NCBI GenBank assembly: GCA_002633005.1
Contig: NMRA01000459.1
Coordinates: 1-64,000, forward strand
DNA length: 64,000 nt
DNA from: Phoronis australis
Taxonomy: Eukaryota > Animalia > Phoronida
Direction of reading: 5' to 3'
Shown one piece after another: positions 51,471-62,667 of this stretch. The notes beneath the pieces are model-generated. The model ran no database searches and had not been told where the DNA came from. It saw only the letters and a program-made list of their open reading frames with translations. The stretch's first letter is position 1. Each line of letters starts with the position of its first letter. The translations under genes were made by a program, and so were the position numbers.

Positions 51471-54470
51471 AGATGAAATAATGGTTTCTGCTTGTAATTT
51501 CGTTCATAAACCCAGCATTCGCAAGTATTCCAATGCCTGACACGCTTAGTACATTACTATAATTTTTGTTGAGTTTATGACGAAGTCGACCTTCCCTACT
51601 AGGCGGTCTACTCATTTTTTACCAGAAACGAGCATTGTGATAAAGGCATAGATATCTCCAGTGCCTTTTCTTGGGATAACTGAAAAATAGGACGAGAGGG
51701 GGTAGCTCCAGTCTTTTCAGCCAGTGATCGCAACTTCATTTTTCCGTGTGGCTAGGTATGTCTTCAAATAATTGATATTCTTTAACATTCCTCTGTACAT
51801 TTTATGTAAAAAGCAGCTTCTTTTGCACTCCTAAAATGATATTATTAAGCAAGAGGTGGCGCTGTATGCAACCTTTTTAGCCAATCTTAAGCTCAGAAAT
51901 TGAAAAAATGCACAAGGTCATTTCCATTAATACATTTAATGATGAAAAAATGTAGTCAAGGAAACCTTCAGCTTTCGAGCTCTGTTGAAAAACGTGAGAA
52001 AAACATTTCAACCAGATACAATGGCTCTTAGCCTTTTCTGGGTATTTATGTTTATTTTACTGAATATTTCATAACAAACATTAAGAAAACATTTCAAGCA
52101 AAGCTGAATATGTTTAAAATTTACACTTAAGTGCGTTCCTTGTTGTTTTAACCTTTTGACCTTTCCAGATAAAGACTAGTTCTTGTTACCACGGCTAGTT
52201 AACACCTTCTGCTGTAAACTACAAGGTGGCCAAACTTGCGAAATATTTTCACTAACAGCAAAAATAGATGTTTAACTTAGATTTTGAGAGGAAATGTATT
52301 TTTCTGATTTTTTCAGCTTATAGCAGTAATTCTTGGGACCTATATCGATTTCACACACAGGTCCTCCAACTAATGTTTATCGGTCAATGTTTCTAGTAAG
52401 GCTCCTACCATTTTGCTTGACCAATGGTCCCCGTTGCGTCGAAACCACAACGAGAGTCATTTCCTATCTAATTTGATAAGAAAATTTAGGGTTCAGTTTA
52501 ATTTTGTTTCATTATTATTACTCACAAGTTACCAAGGGATAACTGATAAATTTCAGATTGGGTACAGTGTAGTTCCAAATTTTATCACCAGGTGGCGTTG
52601 ATAAATTTTGAAAGTTGCTTTAAATTAGCTAAATTCAAAGATCACATATCATGAAAATGCGCAAGTTTAAAAATTGGGACTTTTTACGTTTATAACAGTC
52701 AATAGTTCAAAAACATCAAAACTAAGATGCAACCCTGAATGGTCGCAGAAATTGCTTTATAAGCCTCCTGTTGCCTATAACCCACGACGTTGTAGACATG
52801 TACCGGATATGAAGGCGAATACAGGTCGCGGAAACCCCTGGACTGATGGCTGGAGACAGTTTTGATATTTGTTAAAGTCGTTAAATTTCCGTATGCGCCT
52901 ACGTCACATTCGACCCCGTCCAAACCTTTGCTCAACTCCTAGTAAACAATCAGATAATTTCATTCACATTTTGCGTGACAACATGAAAAGTACTACTGAC
53001 TATGATTAGCTATTAATGATAAATGGCATTTCCCCATTCTGATTGGGCTGATCATAAAATGAGTATTCGAGCGACAATAACCTTGTCGGAGGTCTGACAG
53101 CCTTGGTAATTGTCGATTTAGTTGACGAAAGAAAAAATTGGGCAAATGAGATTATTCAAATTAATATTCCAAATTTGAGACTTTTTAAAAAGACGATGCA
53201 TGAGGATTTTTTTAAATTGTCTTACTCTTTAACTGCCGGTTTCGGAATTATCAAAAGTTGCCATTTTCACCACCGACAATGAGAAATTTCAAATGCTTTT
53301 TGCGTAAAAAATTAAATAGGTACTGCTTCACTCGAGAGGGTGGTCGACTGGGCGAATTCACAGCCCTTTCCGCGGTAACGTCTCGTGCCGCACCTTTAGT
53401 TTCTTACTATATCAAATATTGTCACTTTTTACACTGATAGAAAAGTTTGCAGACGAAAGGTTTCACCTGAGCTTTAGATATCATAATGAGCTGTAGGCAC
53501 TGAATGATTGAGAGTCTCAACAGTCTCAATAAAACTGCCTCTGCTCAACGATAGGTAATGTGTGACAAGATGACTTTGTTCTATTGGCAAAGCAAAACAC
53601 TCGGGTGAAACCAGGAGCGAAATGTTTTAGCAGAAAAAGAAAAAAAAAACATAAAGCTCGAGGGAATACTGTTAAAATAACATTAACTGCTGTATACACG
53701 ATCAGAAATTACATCCTGCTTTGTAAAGGTAAGGCTCAATGTTATCGTAGTGTACTTGAAACGGCAGTTCTTTTTCAAAATGTTTGGTTTTGGGCATGAA
53801 AAGTGACAGTACAAACTGTGAATGCTTTTGACTCATTTAATAACTTGAATCAATCAACTGCCGTAGAAAAACGTCCAAATAAAATAATAAAATGAAGCAA
53901 AATTTGTTATGATGCAATTTCACTTTTATCACAGTATAATATTACTAGTTGATTTGACTTTACAGGGGTAATTTTGAAAGTGATTTTAGACAATTTTGCA
54001 TATTGTAGTTACTCAGAAATTTAATTTGAATCTTTTGTATTAGAACATTAAAAATCCAGGCATGAAGAGGTTCCGAGTGCTCGAACTTAAGTCTTTCGGC
54101 TAACCACTCTCCAATTTGAAACCCGTATGATTTGCATCATGAAGTCCGCACATGCGCAGGCATAGTTACTTTAGAGGGGAAATTTTAGGCTTTGAAAATA
54201 ACCGAGGTATCCAGATGTTTTCGGTAAACATCGTACACGACAGCGCAATTTGCCGAAGAAATGTAGCCTAGACGATTTTGTCAAAAACGGCAGGAAACTG
54301 AAGAGCCCGGGGCACTGTATGGTAGCTGGCTGGATAATCTTTGGGTGGCTTCAGAAGGTTAAGTGAAGACAAAATACCTTCAGACGGTCTGTCGAAGGCG
54401 GAGTTTGTGACACAAATTGAGGGTTATTATTTATATTTGCACACTCGGTACAAAAGGAGATTCGAATGTT

Positions 54471-54640
54471 TCGAATCGATAGCCATTCGTTCACGACGGC
54501 CACGTGGTGTGCCTGGTGTTTCCCTTACAAGTTAATTTGAAGTATGTTTCCAGTTCGGATCGATAGACATTCGTTCACGATTGTCACGTGGTGTGCCTTC
54601 ATGGGGTTTCCCTTACAAGCTAATTTGAAGTATCTTTCCA
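54471..54640. repeat. Tandem duplication of an approximately 84-bp unit (2 copies)
   Basis: TCG.ATCGATAG.CATTCGTTCACGA...CACGTGGTGTGCCT...TTTCCCTTACAAG.TAATTTGAAGTAT.TTTCCA twice. Confidence 0.9.
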
Positions 54641-55054
54641 TACTCCCCGCGTCCAATGAGACCAGTAGATCACGTGATCAGTCAGCGTAAGGTCACATAA
54701 ACTCCACTGATTGAGGTCGATAGTCGAAATACTGCAACTACATGTAACTGTGTCTGTATACTTTGTGATTCTGCTATTCATACTCAGCTAACGTCGTCTC
54801 GTCGATGTTTTGGGGAGTTGTGGTCAGCATGAACGCTTAACTTCAGTCCTGGATCGAAGTTGACAGCACCAGTTAACTTCGCAGTAAACAGGTGGATGTA
54901 AGAGTAGAGCGCCGACGCTGCGGAGCGGTACGAATGGTTAACTTCTGTCTAATCGAAGTTATCGTTACATGTAGGTGCTCCTGTTATCGTCAACAATTAC
55001 AGGGCAGTGTCGTCGCTAATAGTTGCTTATACTTTGGTCTAATAAACACCAATC

Positions 55055-57218
55055 AAGATGACTTTATTAAGTCTAAGTAAACTCTAATTGGTAATTCCTA
55101 CTGGCGCGACGTATTTGGAAGTATGACATCTTTCTACAAGAAAATAATTGTTGCATGTGAAGAGGACTTTTTGAATCAAACTTAATTTTGTGGTTTAATA
55201 GTAAATTGGCGATCGGAGGCACAAATGTTTTTTATAAGCCTTGGTTTGTAAAAGGCATAAGATTTATTAGAGATATGTATACCTCTGGTGGTGATTTCGT
55301 TAGTTTGAACCATATGAAAAATGGGTTCTATGTAAAAACTAACTTTGTAGAATATAATGTTGTTGTATCTGCTCTAAGAAGGTTTCAAAAAAGTCTATTT
55401 CAAATAAATTTAAAATTGTAAATGTCTACTCTCCATGTATGCCTTTAGCAATTACTCACTTACGGAAAGATTTGAAGGGTTGTAGACATATAAAATCTGT
55501 TCAGTTTTTAATGACGTTAAGAAACCTTTTAAGTCTGAGTGTAATTGGGAAAAAGAGTTGGGAGATAGTTTAGATTGGAAGAAAATATAAGCATTGCTTT
55601 ATGAAATTACAAAGGATCCTAACATTAGATGGTTCCAATTTAGAATACTACTCAGGATTACTGCAACAAATGCCTTTTTAGTAAAAAACCGTGTTCGGGA
55701 TTCTAACTTATATTCCTTTTGTAATAAAGCTCCAGAGATGCTGTCACATCTTTTTGGGAATGTCGCCTTGTACAAGATTTCTGTAAGGAATTCGGAAAGC
55801 TACTTCAAAAGTGTCCCATTCAGCTTCCCAACTGTCTCTCTTACGAGCGTGTTATTCTTGGACTTTATGAGAGCATGATTTTCTATTTAACATTTTGCTT
55901 CTACTAGCCAAACAGTACATTTACAAGGAGAGATGTCACAAAAAATATACTTAATTTTCACAAGTTTGTTACATCTACGTATGAGTACTATTACGCCGAA
56001 AAATTAATTGCATAAAACTTTGTATAAATACACAGAACGTACCGAGCGTGTCGACCGAGACCGAATGTCGAGTGGGATATTATTTCATGTACGCCACTCG
56101 AAGTACGTTTTGTATTTATCACATACGCATCGAATTCGTGAGTTTCTTTTGTTTTCTGTGGCATTTTATAAATACTTCACCCTGACTGTTTATGTGGCTA
56201 ATCACAACCTGTTGTGTATGTACGTGCGCGTTATGTTGCTAACTTACTATAGGAAAGAAAACAGTTTTAAATGTAACGGTTTATTACTTGAAATTGATAA
56301 AAAGTGTGAAAACGACAGTTTTCGTGCATTGAACTTGTATCATATTTCGAAAATAAATAAATAACAAGAATATTTATAACATCGTAAAATCCTCATCGGA
56401 TAGCTGCACTCATTCATGAAACTAGGTCATTGACCGGAGCGTCGTCTGCTTTCACGAAGATGGTACAAGTGCCACCGTTGATGACAGATCCGGCGAATAT
56501 GTCTATTGTTGCGTTGTTGCAGGTACGTTGTCGCATTTCTACGGATTCTGTAGCCTTGGTACAATGCTGTATACTAAATGTACGACAGTCTGTTGATACA
56601 GCTAGCTGGCTGGCTACGGATTCTGTAGCATGGATAGGCTCATGTGTTGCTGGGACGGTCGTCGTTGCTGCTCGTGTAATACTGTCGCCGATAGTATCGG
56701 GTGCTGTCATGGCCAGTGACAACAATTACATTTGATGCGAGGAATCGGTGCCCGAGTTGCAGACGATATATCTTAGCAATATAAAACTGAGACAGATGTT
56801 ACGATTGAGACCTGGTTGCATGTTGAGTGGTATTTACACTGCTACAATTGTATTACTTTAAGATATTTTATGAAAGTTTGATGATCTAACCGGCTAACGA
56901 CGTCGAGTCGACATTGACCTACCTTTTGAACCTTCAATGTCAGAAGTCACTGTTGAAGTAGTGCGGGAGGTGAATACGGAAAACATTATTACATGGCCGT
57001 ATTTCCCTTGACAGATTCAACACGTATGGGATAAGACAGCTTCTCTGCAAAATTGAAAAATTTCATTGTTCACGTTACTCCATGTACTGAAGTTGTTTAT
57101 TTTATACGAGATACGAGAATGGTCTCTCGTGAGGTGTGCATGCGTGAATGAATGAATGTACTTATTTATGTGTTTGTTTTTGTTGTACTTGTTTATAAAT
57201 GATAATAAATACCTGAAA
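55055..57218 (+). mobile_element. 5'-truncated L1/Tx1 LINE with TSD and poly(A) signal
   Basis: WFNSKL...FYKPWFVKGI, RWFQFRIL...SFCNKAPEMLSHLF; AATAAA at 57204 and a short A run; flanked by AATAAACACCAATC (55041-55054) and AATAATCACCAATC (57219-57232). Confidence 0.85.
56030..57110 (-). mobile_element. Probable Crypton (tyrosine recombinase, DUF3504-like) remnant nested in the LINE
   Basis: Minus strand gives H-S-T-C (HxxR with CGC>TGC decay) at about 56830, a LGHR/TGH-like segment at about 56750-56710, a Ser/Thr-rich linker and the tail IFAGSVINGGTCTIFV. Boundaries approximate. Confidence 0.45.
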
Positions 57219-57661
57219 AATAATCACCAATCGAATTATGTCAATTAACATATGTAAATGTTCCTAAATTGTCAGATTAAAATCTTAACGATGTGCAGCG
57301 CTACCTTGCGATTACTTCGATGACAACAGTGTCACCTACCGTATATTTTCGAAGTTCTCACTACCGAAGCCCGAACGGTTTAGTTAACGCTCAGACCGGA
57401 GTTAAGTCAGTATGAAAAAGCCTTATGTTGTTTGCAGAGTAGTCGTAAGCTGTGACGCTAAAACAAAATGACCGTTTCTACCATGTGAAACGGAAATCCC
57501 GGCGTTTGCAGGTGCAGTCGTGAGTTTAACGAGATGTATACACAATAGATTTCTATTAAACCAAGTTTACACACTTTTCAGACGAAGACCTTGTATAATA
57601 CAGACCAAAGAAATCTCTACGACTCGGAAGTGTCTCGTATTACCCATTGACGACTGGCCGG

Positions 57662-58864
57662 ATGATGAACGGGAACTCGACTTTTAACGTGTCGGATACT
57701 CTGGAAAAAAACGGAAGCGAGTGCGATGATGTTGACTTTGAGGATTTTTACAACAAGGCAAAGTTCGCGACAGGATTGTTTGTTTATCCGACTGTGTGCA
57801 CGTTTGGGGTTGTGGGAAATGTGATAGCCGTGGTCGTATTTTACCATTCCAAACCCAAGACATCGACCAACATCTATTTAATTGCATTGGCATTAGCAGA
57901 CGGTGTGAAACTATTAAATGATTTTCTCTACTTTTGTGTTACGCTCATTCACATGTACGACTCAAAGACCGGTAAAGAAGCTTTTCACATTTTATACCCA
58001 TACTCTCACTTCATCATGAGTTGTACGTCGTTCTTAACTGCATGGTATACTATTTCAGTTGCTGCCGAACGTTATATATATGTTTGTCATCCGGCTCTTT
58101 CAAAAAGCATGTGCACAATCAAGCGAGCTAAGATCGTCTGCCTCACACTGTGCCTGGTTATGGCGGTTTTAGCAGTTCCGTCCGCTTTACGGTACCGTGT
58201 CGTTAATGTTTACGACAACAAGACACACTCTCTCGTGAAAAACTTAAAACTAACGAGTCTTTGGGAAAACAAAGACTTTGCTAGTTCCTACACATGGATT
58301 CAGAATCTTGTCCGCGCAGTAATACCACTTGTGCTGCTCATTGTGCTCAACTCGAGAATAATCCATTCACTGCGAAGAACACGTGCAAATAAAAAGCTTC
58401 GATATCGGAACCGGATATCCACGATGCTCGTTGGAGTCATAATTGTGTTTTTGATCTGCATAACGCCCGATGCTATATTATCAACCTTTGGCTTTGGATA
58501 CGCCGAGGGGACTTGTCTCGTGAAAGGAGTTCGGGAAATATCAGACGCACTGTTGACCCTTAACTCAGCTGTCAATATTATACTGTACAGCATATTCAAC
58601 AAGTTGTTCAGGTTGCATTTCATAAAGTTATTTTGCCACGAAACATGCCTTAACGAAAATACCCAAAGAGAGCTGCAGAGTTTTGATAAAGTTTCAGACA
58701 CTATGTGCATGACCGTGCAGAAGAGTACTGCATCCGCTACGCTCACCATGCGGGATAGCGTCAAAAATGTGTTGGTTAACAACGACAAGCTACTGCTTGT
58801 TCAGAACGGACCTACTTATAAAATGTTATCCTCGTCGCCCGAGGAAGAACATACGTCTTTATGA
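57662..58864 (+). CDS. Class A (rhodopsin-like) GPCR, FMRFamide/sex-peptide-receptor-like; single coding exon, about 400 aa
   Basis: Uninterrupted ORF with seven hydrophobic segments: GVVGN (TM1), YLIALALAD (TM2), AERYIYVCHP (TM3), FLICITP (TM6), NSAVNIILY (TM7); N-terminal sequons NST, NVS, NGS. First ATG at 57662 (the track's 57647 start is TTG); acceptor-like CACTTTTCAG ends at 57581. Confidence 0.93.
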   Translation: MMNGNSTFNVSDTLEKNGSECDDVDFEDFYNKAKFATGLFVYPTVCTFGVVGNVIAVVVFYHSKPKTSTNIYLIALALADGVKLLNDFLYFCVTLIHMYDSKTGKEAFHILYPYSHFIMSCTSFLTAWYTISVAAERYIYVCHPALSKSMCTIKRAKIVCLTLCLVMAVLAVPSALRYRVVNVYDNKTHSLVKNLKLTSLWENKDFASSYTWIQNLVRAVIPLVLLIVLNSRIIHSLRRTRANKKLRYRNRISTMLVGVIIVFLICITPDAILSTFGFGYAEGTCLVKGVREISDALLTLNSAVNIILYSIFNKLFRLHFIKLFCHETCLNENTQRELQSFDKVSDTMCMTVQKSTASATLTMRDSVKNVLVNNDKLLLVQNGPTYKMLSSSPEEEHTSL

Positions 58865-58987
58865 GAAAAATTGATGTAGAAATGCAAAATCGGTGTCGCA
58901 TTTGTATGAATTACATGTAATTGAATTTTATTCTTCTGAAAAGCACAGCAGTCATCTCTGCGTCCAACTGAGCTCACGCATTTTTCG

Positions 58988-59112
58988 TGGCACATGTACC
59001 ATTGTGGTAAATGTACTATTGTGGTACATGTACTATTGTGGTACACATGTACTATTGTGGTACACATGTACTATTGTGGTACATGTACTATTGTGGCACA
59101 TGTACTATTGTG
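58988..59112. repeat. 16-18-bp minisatellite (GTGGTAC[AC]ATGTACTATT) about x7 in the GPCR 3' flank
   Basis: Seen directly; explains the repetitive ORFs at 58816-59330. Confidence 0.93.
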
Positions 59113-59794
59113 AACACAAATATATCCTTGCACAAAATCTTCATAAGCGTTGGTTTCTTGGTGTTCTTATTTGTGAACAACGTCAAACGTGTCAGAAGTA
59201 TATTTTTGATCATTCTGAAACAGTGCATTTGGGTTATAAAGAACGTTTGTCGATCCCAAAAAGGCCTACCGATATTTTGAAACCAACCAGTTTGACACTA
59301 CACCATGGAGTGGCACGTACTGGCATGTAAATTATCGTAGCAATGATTAAACTTCTCAGAATTGATTGCGACATGTCAATGAGTTGTGCAACACTGCACG
59401 AGTTGATTAGCGCAAATCACAGGTAAATACATGTATGTCGTGGAAAACACGCGAAGACTGCAGACAATGCTTGTCACCGGGCGCCATGGTGGTAGAGTTT
59501 ATGTCCTACGACCACGCACCGTAACAGTTTTTGTGTGACAACGTGCCATTACGTACCATTTCTGTCGAGAGCAGATCTTAAATTGTGCGTAAAAAGTGCA
59601 CAAATACAACGCAAATACAGCGCAAACAGGAATCCATTGAAACGCCACGTTATGCCACAAAATGTTGCAAGTGTCGTTGTATCGGGTCGTCTATCATCAA
59701 GGTATTCCCGAACCTTATTGCGTGCTCATCCTTGCGCGCTGCTGCTGGAACCACACTTGTACACATTTCTATGTCTACCCTGCAATGCACAATA

Positions 59795-60970
59795 TCAGGT
59801 GTCCCAAAAAGTGAGCAACTTTTTGAGAGTAATTTCTCAGCAACGGATAAACCGATTGTTTTTCAAATTTCTTGCAGATGAACCTTGAGCTATTATCAAC
59901 AAATGAAGAAAATATCAAAGAGATTTGTGTCCAAACTGTGCGAGTACTGTCAAATTAAAAAACGCCATGTCAAAAATAATACATCAAAGGGAAGCTCGCT
60001 TATTTCAGTCTTTGCTCAATGTGGCCTCCATCTTCCTCCACGACTAAACGGAGTCGTTTCTTCCAACCAGAAATGCTTGTCCGTATTTCTTTCATCGAGA
60101 TTTCCTCCCATGAGTCGAGAAGGTTGAATTTCTCGTATTTGTGTCCCATAAACACAATCGTATTGGCGATTTTAGCAATTTCTAGCGTAAAGTCTTTTTC
60201 ATCAGCGAAAATGACTCTTTTCACATCCGTAGCTGAATAGCGGTCATGCAAGTATCGGCATCGAGTTTTTCTATTCGTTCTAACGTTTGATCTCTCCTTG
60301 ATACCCACATTCTTTTGAAGGTTTTAAGTCCATTTTTGCCGTTCATTGCACAGAAGACTTGCTCACATGTAAATCCCTTGCCACTTCTCTCAGAGGTGCG
60401 TGATTCCCAGAGTTGTCCTCTTGGGATTGAATCAGTTCCTCAACACGATCCTCTTTTCCTTTCGAAAATGCAGTCTTGGGTCTCCCACTGCCACCTTTAC
60501 TGGCAACAGACCCTGTGTTGCAATAAGTCTATTGACTGCTGCAAAACTCCACCCTTTTCCTGTTAACTCACTTACGATTCTTATTCCGCCCCACCCTTTC
60601 TCCTTGAAACAGGATTCAATTGTAAATTTATCACTTTTACTCAAAGACATCATTAGAAACCTGAATATTTGACAGTTCTGGTTTGGATACAGATATGACA
60701 AAAAACAGTAGACTTGAGACCTGGGCAGGCATTTTTGACTGACAGATGCTAGCACAGCATGACCACGATGAAAGTCAAAGTGATATTGCATTTTTCACCC
60801 CGCTGTTTTGAATTGCACAATACTTCCATAATTTTTCATATTTCACCAAGACTCTTTGTAGACTTTTTAACGATATCCTGAGGATACATTGTTAAAAATT
60901 GAACGAATTCCGTTGGTCAACTGTTGATGAATTACTTGTCAAAAAGTGGCTCACTTTTTGAGACACCTGA
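59795..60970 (-). mobile_element. Internally deleted Tc1/mariner (maT/DD37D-like) element
   Basis: TA|TCAGGTGTCCCAAAAAGTGAGCAACTTTTTGA...TCAAAAAGTGGCTCACTTTTTGAGACACCTGA|TA (30/32 TIR match, TA TSD); transposase pseudogene inside. Confidence 0.92.
60000..60653 (-). pseudogene. Tc1/mariner transposase pseudogene
   Basis: HTH N-terminus (MSLSKSDKFTIESCFKEKGWGGIRIV), first catalytic Asp (VIFADEKDFTLE) and C-terminus (WKKRLRLVVEEDGGHIEQRL); the segment carrying the second and third Asp is missing. Confidence 0.88.
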
Positions 60971-61339
60971 TATAACAAGAAACGCGAATGGTCAACGGAT
61001 CTAATATTTATACGTGTGAACCGATTACGTCATTAGATAATTTTGGGACAAGTATCTTGGTGAAGCATATTGAAGATTTCCAAAAGAACGTCCACCACGG
61101 ACCTGCCACCATGGGTGATCTTTTGGAAGGAAGGCCCGAAAAAGCCTTCGTGGGGTTCTTTTTGGACCGTTTTGCGCAACTGGTTCGTGTGGGAAACTTT
61201 ATCAAGATATCAATACTTTACAAAATGTGAAATTAAAGAGGCATGGAAAGCGGAAGCTCGTCTTTTAAACAATTCCTGACGAAAGTTCCATCTTGCAACG
61301 TCTAGTACAGAGGGAATCACTTTCCCCCGTGAGAAATTT

Positions 61340-61745
61340 TCCAGAAAAAACACAACATTCACGATTTTTGAAATACGCACGAAGAAAAAAATCTGTGGTT
61401 ACCACAGAGTTTCTAATCTCCCTCCCACTTCTGATAAATGCACTCACAGTCAGTTGCTTGAAGCCGTTTAAGGCCAAAGGTCACATTTGCCTTATATGGG
61501 AAATGTGCTATGACTATCTCTTGACATACCAAATAAGGAGACGTGCTTTGCCTTGTGGGAGAACAATTGATGAAGTAGCGAGCAGTTGACAGAAACCAAA
61601 AGAAAATGCTTTAATACAATATATCAACAGAAATTAAAAGTCTTCACAAACAAACGCTAAAAACATCTGGTGAGCAGGTTGAACCCTGCTTCAGAGAGAA
61701 CCACTTTCAAAATTGCAATTTAGTCAGTTGATCGCGTTCTAGGCT
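61340..61745 (+). repeat. Dispersed unclassified repeat, copy 2
   Basis: Collinear with 25560-25940. Confidence 0.8.
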
Positions 61746-62205
61746 TTTCTGAAAATAACCGTCAAATTAATTCATGTTGATTACACGTCACCAGACTTTT
61801 CTTACAGCAGCAAAGTTGCCGGCACCTTCCATCCATGTCGGAATGAAAGGATTCCAGTCTGCACACAAGTTTCCTAAAGGGACGCAGTACTTTTTTCGAA
61901 AGACAACTTAGAGTTATATCTGGACGCAATGACACTTTGGTGAAATGAACGTCTCGCTGTTGTGGGTAAGATGGCACTGTACGGTTATACAGTAGTGATG
62001 CAGACGTCAAAAACATACGCGAAAACATTAAAATGGCCACCAGGTGGCGCAGAAAACGACAAATCTGTCCGAAAATGGGAAAGCGTTGTTGTGTTCTTAA
62101 TAGAAACATATTTGCCGAATTTCATGAAAATACGTTACTGAACTCCGAGGATACAGAAACAAACGTAAAAAATATGTCTGTAGGGTGCACAGTGGTATTA
62201 GGATC

Positions 62206-62362
62206 CAGGGACGGATCCAGAATTTTGAGTTGGGGGGGGGGCACGGCAGAGAATCAGCCGAGATTTTGCCCGTCATGCATTCCCACCCCGAAGTGCCAAA
62301 TTGAATCTGAGAGAATTTTAGGGGGGCCATGGCCCCCTTGGCCCGCCTCTAAATCCGCCACT
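62206..62362 (+). mobile_element. Short hAT-like MITE abutting the assembly gap
   Basis: CAGGGACGGATCCAG...CTAAATCCGCCACT; a reverse terminal fragment of the same type lies at about 17256-17279. Confidence 0.65.
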
Positions 62363-62667
62363 NNNNNNNNNNNNNNNNNNNNNNNNNNNNNNNNNNNNNN
62401 NNNNNNNNNNNNNNNNNNNNNNNNNNNNNNNNNNNNNNNNNNNNNNNNNNNNNNNNNNNNNNNNNNNNNNNNNNNNNNNNNNNNNNNNNNNNNNNNNNNN
62501 NNNNNNNNNNNNNNNNNNNNNNNNNNNNNNNNNNNNNNNNNNNNNNNNNNNNNNNNNNNNNNNNNNNNNNNNNNNNNNNNNNNNNNNNNNNNNNNNNNNN
62601 NNNNNNNNNNNNNNNNNNNNNNNNNNNNNNNNNNNNNNNNNNNNNNNNNNNNNNNNNNNNNNNNNNN
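62363..62667. other. Assembly gap (305 N)
   Basis: Run of N; single Ns also at 12562, 17255, 21050 and 48119. Confidence 1.

Larger units (their letters stand above)
54772..57422 (-). mobile_element. Harbinger-like MITE (family of 26677-27184) split by a nested LINE insertion
   Basis: 54772-55054 and 57219-57422 are reverse complements of the two halves of 26677-27184. Confidence 0.8.

Noticed and set aside
58300-58788. 162-aa antisense ORF
   Set aside because: Shadow of the GPCR coding strand.
62188-62194. CACAGTG, a RAG/Transib RSS-like heptamer
   Set aside because: No partner terminus, nonamer or transposase remnant found; a single 7-mer is expected by chance.
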